In this document: piece by piece, positions 42,530 to 52,569 of the stretch | How positions within the stretch are numbered: position 1 is the first letter of the stretch | Layout of the letters: each line of letters opens with the position of its first letter | DNA from: Candidatus Dadabacteria bacterium | GTDB taxonomy: Bacteria; Desulfobacterota_D; UBA1144; Nemesobacterales; CSP1-2 | NCBI GenBank assembly: GCA_963805855.1 | Contig: CAWDVW010000007.1 | Span: 640,001-704,000 of the forward strand | Direction: 5' to 3' | Length of the DNA: 64,000 nucleotides | Translations under genes and position numbers: made by a program | The notes under the pieces: generated by a model | Databases searched by the model: none | The model's input: only the letters and a program-made list of their open reading frames with translations | Told to the model about the DNA's origin: nothing

Positions 42530-44071
42530 TTAGAAGACATATCCAAGACCCAGGTTAAATTCGTTTTTCGCCGTTCCGGCTTCATTATCATTCCACCTAT
42601 AGTCAGCCTTAATGACAACCTGCGGTATCGGTTTATAATTGATACCGAATGCTACGTTCTGACGATCATTCGCCGGATTTGTAAAAAACCCTGATGGCAC
42701 CCTATACTGTGTATTATATTTCTCGTATCTAACAAATGGTGCCAGATACTGGAAATATTGCCCAAAGTTTGCTAACGATAGCACATTATAGGCACCAACA
42801 ATATACCATCCCCATTGTTGACTCCCGACCGAATCGTCCCCTGTGAAACCATTGTTCGCGTTAATCAGGGCCACATCGTCAAGAAATGTCCAGACAAGTA
42901 GGCTCCTTGCCTCAAAACCCCGGTATTGAAACTGAGCATCTCCTTCATACATCTGGAAAAATCCTCCTATCTTCTTTCCATTCAGAGACGAGTCAGGATT
43001 GTTTACGCTTTCACCTTGTCCGGTATTTCCAAGGAAGACCGAACCCCCAAACTTCAATCCAGGAAATGGATCATATTCAATCCTGCTTACGAAAGCCACA
43101 TTATTTGCAAGTGCCCTGTTACCATTCTGCCTTGCATCCCTGTTGCTCGAAGCAGTGAAGCCCCTGGAATCGAAGCTGTTCATTACATAGGCTTTGTAAG
43201 TTAGACTCCCCGGTACATACTCACTCAATCCACCAAAAAGACCAACTCCAACCTCCCTCCAAGTCGTTGGGATTATAAACCTCTCGACGTCTGGCCTTAA
43301 CACCCCGTAAAAAGTCGTGGGTTCGTGAACCTCATTGATAATTCCAAAAGGAGCTAATACCAACCCCCCCCTTAGGTTTGCCGGCTCGGTGAGGAGAAAA
43401 TCCAGATAGGAAAACTCAACTGAAACTTCCCCATCCTGACCGTTTAGGTTTTCTTCCGTGGTGCCGTGCTCAAACTCTATCTCGGAGTTAAATATGATTC
43501 TGTCATTAAATTTATAGCCGAAATACAGCACCGCCCTGAGGGCATCGAGAGTGTTGTCTCCGTCTTCGGGGAATTGACCAATTATTTCACCATAACCGCC
43601 AATTGAAATACCCTGATTTGCTTTATAAACCTTCGAAGCGGCAGGTCCCATTCCAAACACCTGTTCATAAGTTGGCTCTTCAACAACTGCAGCGGATTTG
43701 ATGTTATCTATTTCTTCAGCTAGAATGCCAATCTTTTCCTCAATTGATTTAAGTCTTTCCTCGGCCAATCCCTGAGTTTTTAAATCTTGGACTTCCTTGG
43801 TTACTGCATTCAGTTTTCTCTCCAGTTCTTCTATCTTTTCCTCCGGAGTCATCTCCTGTGCGACAGTTTTAATCCTCTTCGATTCTTTAGCACTCTCGAT
43901 TCTTTGTTCATCAGTCTCATTTTTACTTTGTAGCATCTTTTGAAATTGTCTCTGGCCCTGAGATAGCTCGTCAGCGTGAACCATCCCTAATAGGGAAAAA
44001 AAGGAGAGAAAAAGCATCAACACCAAGACTAGTCCTGGAAGTACATAATTATTACGGGGTTGATTTATCAT
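42530..44071 (-). CDS. Outer-membrane porin-like protein with N-terminal coiled coil
   Basis: Signal peptide, coiled coil, FNSEIEFEH, NEVHEPTTF, C-terminal LGLGYVF. Confidence 0.82.
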   Translation of the reverse strand: MINQPRNNYVLPGLVLVLMLFLSFFSLLGMVHADELSQGQRQFQKMLQSKNETDEQRIESAKESKRIKTVAQEMTPEEKIEELERKLNAVTKEVQDLKTQGLAEERLKSIEEKIGILAEEIDNIKSAAVVEEPTYEQVFGMGPAASKVYKANQGISIGGYGEIIGQFPEDGDNTLDALRAVLYFGYKFNDRIIFNSEIEFEHGTTEENLNGQDGEVSVEFSYLDFLLTEPANLRGGLVLAPFGIINEVHEPTTFYGVLRPDVERFIIPTTWREVGVGLFGGLSEYVPGSLTYKAYVMNSFDSRGFTASSNRDARQNGNRALANNVAFVSRIEYDPFPGLKFGGSVFLGNTGQGESVNNPDSSLNGKKIGGFFQMYEGDAQFQYRGFEARSLLVWTFLDDVALINANNGFTGDDSVGSQQWGWYIVGAYNVLSLANFGQYFQYLAPFVRYEKYNTQYRVPSGFFTNPANDRQNVAFGINYKPIPQVVIKADYRWNDNEAGTAKNEFNLGLGYVF

Positions 44072-44101
44072 TTTGCGTACTCCTTAAAAGTTATAAGTCG
44101 G

Positions 44102-44151
44102 TATTATGGATACGTCGCATCCATAATATCCATAACAATATGGTTTGTCAA
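44102..44151 (-). promoter_or_regulatory. Sigma70 promoter overlapped by a palindromic operator
   Basis: Minus-strand TTGACA (44151-44146), 17 bp, TATTAT (44128-44123); inverted repeat TATTATGGAT-N7-ATCCATAATA. Confidence 0.75.
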
Positions 44152-44502
44152 GACTTTTCTCAATTATTACAGGTACTTAGATGCAACATATTATCAATCG
44201 ACAATATTTATCAATTAGAAATATTTTGAATAGATAGAAAACAGTCCGGGCCGCGTTGTTGGCTATATGGTTCGAAAGAACTGCGTTGAGAAGGATGCAG
44301 TACAGATGTAAAATTATAGTGCAGAATAATGACCAATGCATTTGTGAATGTGGATTTTCATAGTCGCGAAATAGCAACTACCCAGACACCCCTTTAATAA
44401 TTGGCAAAATGAGAAATTAATTTCGGCATCGAACGATCTTGTAGAGTTTTTCACTAATTATGTTAATGTTTTTTCATAACACTTAACATTTGTGAAAGAT
44501 AA

Positions 44503-45435
44503 ATGCGTGTAATAGTGGCAAAGCCTAGGGGATTCTGCGCGGGGGTAGATCGCGCAATCGAAATCGTGGAGCAGGCACTTGGTATATACGGCCCTCCCAT
44601 ATACGTGCGTCATGCAATAGTCCATAACAATAGGGTGGTAGAGTCTCTTAAAGAAAAAGGAGTTAGGTTTGTCGAAGAACTCGACGAGATTGAGGACAAG
44701 GACGCGCGAGTCATATTTAGCGCTCACGGTGTTAGTCCTTCCGTATTAAAGTATGCAAAGGAAAGAAGCCTGGAAGTAGTTGACGCAGTCTGTCCATTAG
44801 TGACAAAAGTACACAATGAAGTAAGGCACTATGCGGACTTGGGATACACGATCATCCTGATCGGTCATAGAAATCATGTGGAAATTATTGGAACAAGCGG
44901 TGAGGCCCCTGACAAAGTTGTAGTTGTTGAGTCATTAGAAGAAGCAGAAGACCTTTCGGTACCTGATCCTGAGAAAGTTGCTTATGTCACACAAACGACA
45001 TTGAGTGTAGATGACACGAAGGATATCGTTGAAGCACTAAAGCGAAAGTTTCCCTATATAATAAGTCCGTCCAAACTTGACATATGTTACGCAACTCAGA
45101 ATAGACAGGACGCCGTAAAGGAGCTTTCAAAACTCGCCGATGTAATTTTCATTATGGGTTCTCCCGAGAGCTCCAATTCCAATCGACTCGTCGAAGTAGC
45201 AAAGTCAGCTGGCGTCAAAACAGCATATTTGATCGAAGGGGCAAATAATCTTAAACACGAAATGTTTCGAGATGATATGGTTGTTGGTCTAAGCTCAGGA
45301 GCTTCAACCCCTGAAACGGTTGTCCAGGAGGTCATCGAACGTTTGGTGGAATTTGGGGCCGATAGTATTAGAGAACTTGATGGGAAGGAAGAAAATACAA
45401 GATTCCCTTTTCTAGATTTATTGGAACTCAACTGA
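44503..45435 (+). CDS. ispH: 4-hydroxy-3-methylbut-2-enyl diphosphate reductase
   Basis: GFCAGV, IVHN, SAHG, DAVCP, ICYATQNRQ, SSNS. Confidence 0.98.
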   Translation: MRVIVAKPRGFCAGVDRAIEIVEQALGIYGPPIYVRHAIVHNNRVVESLKEKGVRFVEELDEIEDKDARVIFSAHGVSPSVLKYAKERSLEVVDAVCPLVTKVHNEVRHYADLGYTIILIGHRNHVEIIGTSGEAPDKVVVVESLEEAEDLSVPDPEKVAYVTQTTLSVDDTKDIVEALKRKFPYIISPSKLDICYATQNRQDAVKELSKLADVIFIMGSPESSNSNRLVEVAKSAGVKTAYLIEGANNLKHEMFRDDMVVGLSSGASTPETVVQEVIERLVEFGADSIRELDGKEENTRFPFLDLLELN

Positions 45436-45702
45436 CCCTTTATAGCTCTAAGAAACAATGGTTAGATAAATCACACCTTGTAAAAATAACTATCCCCAAC
45501 ACATCCTATTCATAACGGCTCTCGTTTATGTCTTTCAACTTGTCTTGTACTTTTAACCTAAAATTACTGGCGTGAATGCGGTCTCGAGAATTTTAAGGAT
45601 ATGTGGTTAACTTCATTCGATGCTTAAAAGGATAAGGAATGAGAAAAACCTCCAAAGGGTTACGTTACCTGATCTACAATGTGTTGACTGGAAAAGAATT
45701 TT

Positions 45703-45736
45703 GTTAATATACTTATATAGTTAATATACTTATATA
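45703..45736 (+). repeat. Exact 17 bp tandem duplication
   Basis: GTTAATATACTTATATA occurs twice in a row. Confidence 0.85.
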
Positions 45737-45787
45737 GTAGGTTGTTGTTAACGTATTTAATTAAATCGTGTATCTATATAAAATACA

Positions 45788-46159
45788 ATGAAAACGGTAA
45801 TAAGTATTTCACTCGTAATGATTTCCGCTCTTCTTATGGGAACGCCGGTGCGTTCCGAAGAGGGCTATTCATCTAATCTACGAGTTATTTTAGAGCCTAC
45901 ATTTCATTGCGCAGCAGATCACCTGCATATTCCCGGAAAGGTTGAAAATAATTCGGATAAAGCCGTGGGTAAGGTAAGAGTGCAAGGTAGAGCATATGAT
46001 GAAAATGGAAACATTATTTCGTCAACTACTTCATGGGTCGTGACCGACAGCATTTTACCGGGAAAGTCGGCCCGGTTTGATCTGGAATTCCTTGATATAA
46101 CGGGTCCAACCCACGATAAGGTGAAGAGTTATGACGTAAAGGTCATTGAAGTTCAATAG
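45788..46159 (+). CDS. Exported FxLYD-like domain protein
   Basis: Signal peptide; GKVENNS, AYDENG, ILPGKSARF. Confidence 0.7.
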   Translation: MKTVISISLVMISALLMGTPVRSEEGYSSNLRVILEPTFHCAADHLHIPGKVENNSDKAVGKVRVQGRAYDENGNIISSTTSWVVTDSILPGKSARFDLEFLDITGPTHDKVKSYDVKVIEVQ

Positions 46160-46483
46160 TATTCTGTCCTTTAAAATCATTTTTCGAAAGAGGGAATCTT
46201 CGTTAAAATATTTCTGATTATAATCCCCTCATTAAATATTTACATAATACTACCGCTCTCCGAGAACCGCACCAGTTTGAAATTGCGCACATTGGGTGAC
46301 TGCACCAGCAAACTAGTAAATCACCTAAATCTTAGAATCTGACTAGATTACTAGTCTTATCGACTTGTCGCAAATTTAAAGAAAATGTGAAGAAATGAAA
46401 TTAAGGCTAAAGTTATTGTTAAGCAAAAATGCTTAATAAATTGTGTAGCAAAATCATGTCATGCATTCTAAAAGAAAACTAAA

Positions 46484-47320
46484 ATGAAAAAAATAAGAAT
46501 CGCAGCGATCCAAATGTGCTCGAAACAGGATCGTAATAGGAATCTAGAATCCGCTTTAACACTTATGAAGCAAGCCGTGACAGATGGCGCTGAACTAATT
46601 GCGTTACCCGAGAATTTCTCGTTTATAGGTAGTGAGTCGGAGAAGATTAAAATGGGCGAGGATTATAACAATGGGCCCAGCGTCAATTTTCTTAAGAAAT
46701 TCGCGACGGAGCATGGCGTAGCATTGGTAGGCGGCAGTATTCCCTTAAAGACATCCTCTAAGTCGAAGGTTACAAATACGTGCATAGTGTTTGATTCGAG
46801 CGGTCGCGCCGTAGGTCGCTACGACAAGTTACATCTTTTTGACGTCTCCCTGAATGATGAGAACACATTCAGAGAATCGAAATATATAAAACCTGGCAAC
46901 AGTGCAGCCACAGTTCAATTGTTTGGACACATCATGGGCCTCAGTATCTGCTATGACCTGAGGTTTCCAGAACTTTATCGTGCTCTGGCGTTACGGGGTG
47001 CAGAAATCTTATTCGTACCGTCCGCATTCACCCTTTATACGGGAAAGGACCACTGGGAAAGCCTTCTACGTGCCCGCGCCATAGAAAATCAGTCTTATGT
47101 TGTTGCCCCAGCTCAATATGGTAAACACGGCTCCAGCCGAATATCTTATGGTAGAACAATGATCATAGATCCTTGGGGACAGATTTTATCACAATGCCAG
47201 GACAAAGAAGATTTAATTACTTGCGACATAGATTTTGATTTCTTGGATGATATTAGAAAAAGGCTCCCATGCCTTGAGCATATACGCAGAGAAATGTTTG
47301 TTTCCCCTCAGAAAGGTTAA
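46484..47320 (+). CDS. Carbon-nitrogen hydrolase (Nit1-like)
   Basis: LPE, YDKLHLFDV, ICYDLRFPE, RARAIENQ. Confidence 0.94.
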   Translation: MKKIRIAAIQMCSKQDRNRNLESALTLMKQAVTDGAELIALPENFSFIGSESEKIKMGEDYNNGPSVNFLKKFATEHGVALVGGSIPLKTSSKSKVTNTCIVFDSSGRAVGRYDKLHLFDVSLNDENTFRESKYIKPGNSAATVQLFGHIMGLSICYDLRFPELYRALALRGAEILFVPSAFTLYTGKDHWESLLRARAIENQSYVVAPAQYGKHGSSRISYGRTMIIDPWGQILSQCQDKEDLITCDIDFDFLDDIRKRLPCLEHIRREMFVSPQKG

Positions 47321-47519
47321 TAACAAAAACTATTAGCAGCTTTTTAGAACAATAGAAAATTTTGATTATATTCCAAGTCTAATTTTAAGCGTCTCACATC
47401 CGGCATATGTATAGGGATAGGTTAATCCATCTTGACACTATCCCAGTGGTGAAGATATAGGGTTATAAAACCTTTAATTCAGGTCAATTGTGCTTATATT
47501 AAGAATGTAGGAGGTGATA

Positions 47520-47774
47520 ATGATGAGGAGATTAATGCTACATAAAAAGCGCTGTAACATTCCTCACATGGAGTATTTCTTCGACGAAATAACGGAAAAA
47601 TTGACCATCAGATGCCCAAACACCGATAATTTTGTTTATGTGGAAGCCGTCAGAAGAGCGCACAGCGAACATAGTCCTTTCGTTGATATTGTTTACTGTG
47701 AAGGCTGTGGGAATGTGATACAAGACGAAGAGGAACATCTGAACCGTATAAATAAAATTTACTATCACCACTGA
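47520..47774 (+). CDS. Small Cys/His protein
   Basis: AGGAGGTG RBS; CxxxH, C and CEGC; downstream terminator. Confidence 0.65.
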   Translation: MMRRLMLHKKRCNIPHMEYFFDEITEKLTIRCPNTDNFVYVEAVRRAHSEHSPFVDIVYCEGCGNVIQDEEEHLNRINKIYYHH

Positions 47775-47823
47775 CAATTATAGAATTATTCGCTGAGGGA
47801 AGTAAGACCAAGTGGGGGATTAG

Positions 47824-47856
47824 GCATTAGAGCTGAAAACTCTAATGCTTTTTTTT
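47824..47856 (+). terminator. Rho-independent terminator
   Basis: GCATTAGAG-N7-CTCTAATGC followed by a T run. Confidence 0.85.
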
Positions 47857-48299
47857 ACCTCGGGGCGGAAAAACTCAAGATAAAAATCGCGGATTACCTT
47901 ATTGGTGGATTTTACTAATCAACAATTGGTCAGGCGGTATATTATTTCTAAAATAAAAGGCCAGTTTTTCTGGCCTTTTGGGCAACCTCTCAGTTTTGAG
48001 GAGGTTCTTGCCGCTTTTAACCCCATATCCAATTATAATATAATGCTTCTTCAACCAATTTCCAGTCCTAAACAGTATTTTTTTATTAAATCAATTAAAA
48101 CAATTATCTCTCCATAGTTTTAAAACGATCGATTATCTACGATGTTATTCTTGAGTATCGAATTTGACTGAAAAAGCTCATATTCACGTAAGCTCCATAA
48201 GAAAATTACATCCGAGTTTTTAGGAATCTTAAAATCCCATATTAATCACTCATAGGCTACAACTCCGCGTGGGTCGATACGGACGAAATTCATTCACCT

Positions 48300-49028
48300 C
48301 TACCAAACCCACGGGACAAGTTTGTAACCTACCCTAGACACGTACTCCAAATATCCGGGAAGTTCCTTTTGAAGGGTACTGTCCTCTAAGGCAGTCCGAA
48401 TCGCAATCAAAATAATTGATAAAACTGCTGGAATAAAAGCCCAGGGTGAATCAAGTATCAAAGGAGTTCCCGCCCACATCACAGACCAGCCAAGATAGCC
48501 AGGATGACGCACGATTCTATAGGGACCAGAGGTGACAACCTTATGACCCCGCTCAGTCTGTATCCGAACTAACTTTGAGAAATACTTATTTACCGCCATT
48601 GCCCAAAGAAACAATAAATCGCCAACAACAAACAGCATTATCCCTGCATAATGCCATCCAGGGCCGACCGATCCACCCCAGCCATAACGCTGATCAAACC
48701 CAGCAACAGCAAGAGTAGCTAAAATAAAAATTGTAGCGACCGAAATTAGTACTATATCCCACTTCTTGGCGCCCCTGTTGAGACGCAAACGTTCTTCAAT
48801 GACTTCAGGATTTGTTTTTAGAAGTATAGCGAAGTTAAGACCAACACACGCAATCATGGTTATCATAAAGACCCAACCCGATTCCCAATCTAAACGACCG
48901 GCACAACCAAACAACAGTCCACCGAGTAGCAGGAATGCAAGGAAAATCCAACTTAGGCTCTTGATTATCAACTTACCGTTTGGGATTTCGTTCCCACCAA
49001 GTTCGTCTTCAACCAGTTTCATGCCCAT
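48300..49028 (-). CDS. Isoprenylcysteine carboxylmethyltransferase/PEMT family protein
   Basis: VVTSGPYRIVRHPGY, RTALED, LPGY. Confidence 0.9.
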   Translation of the reverse strand: MGMKLVEDELGGNEIPNGKLIIKSLSWIFLAFLLLGGLLFGCAGRLDWESGWVFMITMIACVGLNFAILLKTNPEVIEERLRLNRGAKKWDIVLISVATIFILATLAVAGFDQRYGWGGSVGPGWHYAGIMLFVVGDLLFLWAMAVNKYFSKLVRIQTERGHKVVTSGPYRIVRHPGYLGWSVMWAGTPLILDSPWAFIPAVLSIILIAIRTALEDSTLQKELPGYLEYVSRVGYKLVPWVW

Positions 49029-49934
49029 TACATTAAAATCAACACCCTACCTCCACCGGAACAAAATTACCCTCTTCCATATTCTAGATTTTCAAAAAAT
49101 TAGATTTATAAAACCCCTACGACGGAATATAGAATATGTTAATCAACGATCGAGGCTTCCCGTGTAGTACTATTTATTTGAAAAAAGACGGCATAACCCA
49201 CGATCGATAAATAATATTCCTTCGTTATCGTATCAAACAAATATCGGTATAGCAATTATTTCTTTATCATCGTTTTTAGCGTAGAAAAAGCGACATAGGC
49301 TAGTATCGTCGGTAGTAACGACTAAAATCAATCTATCAAAACGTATCATGGGCTTTTTTAGTGGTATGTGTGAGCATCCAATTTAGAGTTCTAGGGATTT
49401 ACCGCCTCTTAATGTCATCCACCCAATCCTTCATAAATAACGATTGACATGCGATCACCGAACTCGGGAACAGGCTTTAATAAAATTCGATTTTCTTAAT
49501 TTCGAAACTATATGTCCTCGTCGTCCTTTTCGTCGAATCTTGATTTTAGTACATCCGAAGGTATTTTAATTGGCACAGGCAAATGGAAATATTGGCTCCC
49601 TTTTTTTTCTGTTTTTGCGTTATAGCTTTTGTATTGGCCCTTGTGCTTAATGCCAGGTAGACGTTTTCATATGACCTACTTACCGTCGTGTTGAGTAACA
49701 TAAAATAGTCAGGGTTCTCAGAGCTTCATTAGAATATCAAAGTATAAACTGAATTGCCTTCTTGAAGACTTATTGGTTTGCAAGAATCTAATTGTAGTGG
49801 ACTTAATGGAAATAAACTATAATGGTTATTGGGATAGGTAACTAGCTTTTTTTATAATTAAATCTTCAAACGTGAAACTATTTTCGCAAAACGAAATTAA
49901 TATATATAAAAATGAAATTTGGAGGTAGGCGAAT

Positions 49935-50222
49935 ATGAAGAGATTATTCACTATCCTGATAGTTAGTTTCTTCCTGACGCTCTCAATTCCGCGATTCGGC
50001 TTTGCGGATCATTTTTCATTTTCTAATGGTAGTCAATGGGCTTTCAGTACAAGTCCGACAACAATTCACTATAGTCTCAACCACGGCCACTACATAATAC
50101 AGCAAAATGGCAATCGTCTCTTCGTACACAAATTAAATCAGGGACATCAGAGACATCATTTCCAAAACAATCATTTCAATAATCTTCATAACCGGAGACT
50201 TCGTTTTTTCAATAATCGCTAA
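49935..50222 (+). CDS. Small secreted His/Asn-rich protein
   Basis: GGAGGT RBS; Sec-type signal peptide. Confidence 0.7.
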   Translation: MKRLFTILIVSFFLTLSIPRFGFADHFSFSNGSQWAFSTSPTTIHYSLNHGHYIIQQNGNRLFVHKLNQGHQRHHFQNNHFNNLHNRRLRFFNNR

Positions 50223-50496
50223 ATCTGTTACATAAGTTGCAGGCATGACACTCAAGCCGGTGTCGTCCACCCTCTTTTTTTGACGCTCCATTTGTAAAAC
50301 TGGAGGTTATTAGGTACACTGAAGACTTAAAGTCTATAAAAGTTGTCGGCTTCGTAGGTAAATAGTTTCTTCTTCTAGGGTAACCGGCATTACTCTCCGA
50401 ACAAAAAGAAGACTTATTTTTCCTTCCTTGGACGAATAACTGAAAAGACAAAAAAAATATAAATGTCCAGTTATTGGACCAAGTTGGAGGTTTAAG

Positions 50497-51636
50497 TTGA
50501 AGTTTGAAAATTTTTGTTTATCAGAAAGAGTTGCTAAGGCAATAAGGGAAATTGGACTAATCACTCCCACCCCTATTCAGCAGGAATCAATTCCGCAGCT
50601 TCTAAGTGGGAGGGATTTAATAGGTCAGGCTCAGACCGGCACGGGCAAAACATTTGCCTTTGCGATACCGATTGTGGAAAAGATCAATCCTTCCGAAAAG
50701 GGAGTTCAGGCAATAGTGCTAACTCCGACCAGAGAGCTGGCCCTTCAGGTCGCAAAAGAATTTGAAAAAATAGGAAAGCATAAGAAGACATATGTAATTC
50801 CGGTTTATGGTGGTCAGCCTATAGGTAAACAGCTGGCTCAGCTCAGAAAAGGGGTTCATATCGTGGTGGGAACTCCCGGGAGGGTTATTGATCATATAAG
50901 GCGTGGTACGCTAAAACTCAAGTCCCTGCGTTTTGCTGTATTGGACGAAGCTGACCGGATGCTCGATATGGGATTTATCGACGACATGAAGTTTATCCTT
51001 GCTCAAATCCCAAAAAACTGTCAGAGAATGATGTTCTCGGCGACAATTCCTACAGAGATCTCTTGGCTGGCAAAACGCTATATGAAGGACCCCGTAGAAG
51101 TAATGATTTCCGAAGATACGCCTACGGTTCCCCAAACCAGTCATAAGTTTTATGTTGTTACGGAGTTCGATAAATTTAATGTCCTTTGTAAATTGATTGA
51201 TTCGGAATTGAATGGGTTACTTCTTGTATTCCGTAAGACTAAGACAGGTGTCGATGATCTGGCGACTGCCCTTAACAGAAGGGGTTATAAGGTTCGTGGT
51301 CTTCACGGGGATTATTCTCAAAGAGAGCGAGAGAAGGTTATGAGGCTCTTTAGAAAAGGACAGGTTGATATTCTAATTGCCACCGATGTCGCTGCAAGAG
51401 GGCTTGACGTTAGCGGTATTACTCATGTAATCAACTACGATATTCCCCAGGATCCCGACAGCTATATTCACAGAATTGGGAGAACCGGTAGAGCTGGCAA
51501 AGAAGGAATGGCCATCACGTTTATTACTCACTGGCAATATACCGAGTTAAAAAGAATACAGGCCTTTTCCAAGGTCAAGATTGAGAGGGCAAACACCCCA
51601 ATTGTTGCAGACTATGATCGAGTTGCTAGAGCTTAA
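50497..51636 (+). CDS. DEAD-box RNA helicase (core only)
   Basis: Q motif, AQTGTGKT, PTRELA, DEAD, SAT, HRIGRTGR; TTG start after GGAGG. Confidence 0.96.
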   Translation: MKFENFCLSERVAKAIREIGLITPTPIQQESIPQLLSGRDLIGQAQTGTGKTFAFAIPIVEKINPSEKGVQAIVLTPTRELALQVAKEFEKIGKHKKTYVIPVYGGQPIGKQLAQLRKGVHIVVGTPGRVIDHIRRGTLKLKSLRFAVLDEADRMLDMGFIDDMKFILAQIPKNCQRMMFSATIPTEISWLAKRYMKDPVEVMISEDTPTVPQTSHKFYVVTEFDKFNVLCKLIDSELNGLLLVFRKTKTGVDDLATALNRRGYKVRGLHGDYSQREREKVMRLFRKGQVDILIATDVAARGLDVSGITHVINYDIPQDPDSYIHRIGRTGRAGKEGMAITFITHWQYTELKRIQAFSKVKIERANTPIVADYDRVARA

Positions 51637-51775
51637 GGGTCCAAGGCAATTGAAATAGGTTAGAATTTTGATTGGGCGTTGCGTGAATAATATCGTGACA
51701 GCGAAAGTAAATTTAAGGTTATGTGTTTAAAGATTAAAAATTCCAAAACGGTTGCACTTTTTTAACACGAACAGG

Positions 51776-52564
51776 TTATGGCCAGGTGTCCATGATGGCA
51801 TCGATCCAATCGGCAGAGCTGCGGAATTCCGCTTTCTGCTCAATATGGATAAACTTTCCGCTATATTCCGACGCAGTTGTGTAACATGCTGCATTTGCTG
51901 CTACACCGTTGAGAAGACGCCCCTGAACGTTTGTGCTGCCGCCCAGTTTACATGACGGGCTATCGCCCGGCACCGTGACCACCCATCCTGGGTTATAAAA
52001 CGCTAGATTTGACTGAAGCTGAAGGATCTTATCCCCTGATACAGGAGAAAGTGATGGTCCATGGGTCAAATAGACATCCACACCCCCGCAACTTGATGGC
52101 CCCATACCATGAAATTGTATCGCAACAAAATTTACTCCACCAGCCGAATTGTAGTAACTTAATAACTCCTGTTCTGCTGGCTGAAAAAAGTTAGCAACGT
52201 TGTGTGCGACGTCTGATTTGGGAAACGAGGACTGGCAAGTGCTAATTTCGCTATTTGCATCGGGGTGAGTTCCAGCCATTAAGAAACTTCTCGAGTCGGT
52301 CTCTTTAAAAACCCCAATACCTTCATCAATAGTTGCAATGTCTGCGATCGGATGGGGTATCTGTATGCTAAGTTCTCGACTGGAACTGAGATTAGTGATG
52401 AAGGTGCCCCACCCTTTATCAACTATGCCGTCGCCATCTCGGTCCTTGATCTCCATGAGCACGCAGTAATCTTTGCTGTTGTCCGTATCGTGGAATGTGC
52501 CGACCGAATAGACATTTCGGAGACCTCTGGGAAGTCTGATCTTGCTGCAATTACCACCAAGCAT
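51776..52564 (-). CDS. Hypothetical protein, probably 5'-truncated
   Basis: QIPHP, SDVAH, IQFHG, FIHIEQ; no RBS; abuts the truncated dehydrogenase. Confidence 0.6.
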   Translation of the reverse strand: MLGGNCSKIRLPRGLRNVYSVGTFHDTDNSKDYCVLMEIKDRDGDGIVDKGWGTFITNLSSSRELSIQIPHPIADIATIDEGIGVFKETDSRSFLMAGTHPDANSEISTCQSSFPKSDVAHNVANFFQPAEQELLSYYNSAGGVNFVAIQFHGMGPSSCGGVDVYLTHGPSLSPVSGDKILQLQSNLAFYNPGWVVTVPGDSPSCKLGGSTNVQGRLLNGVAANAACYTTASEYSGKFIHIEQKAEFRSSADWIDAIMDTWP

Positions 52565-52569
52565 CTGAC

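Noticed and set aside
47902-48117. 71 aa TTG ORF
   Set aside because: Lies after a terminator, with no RBS or motif
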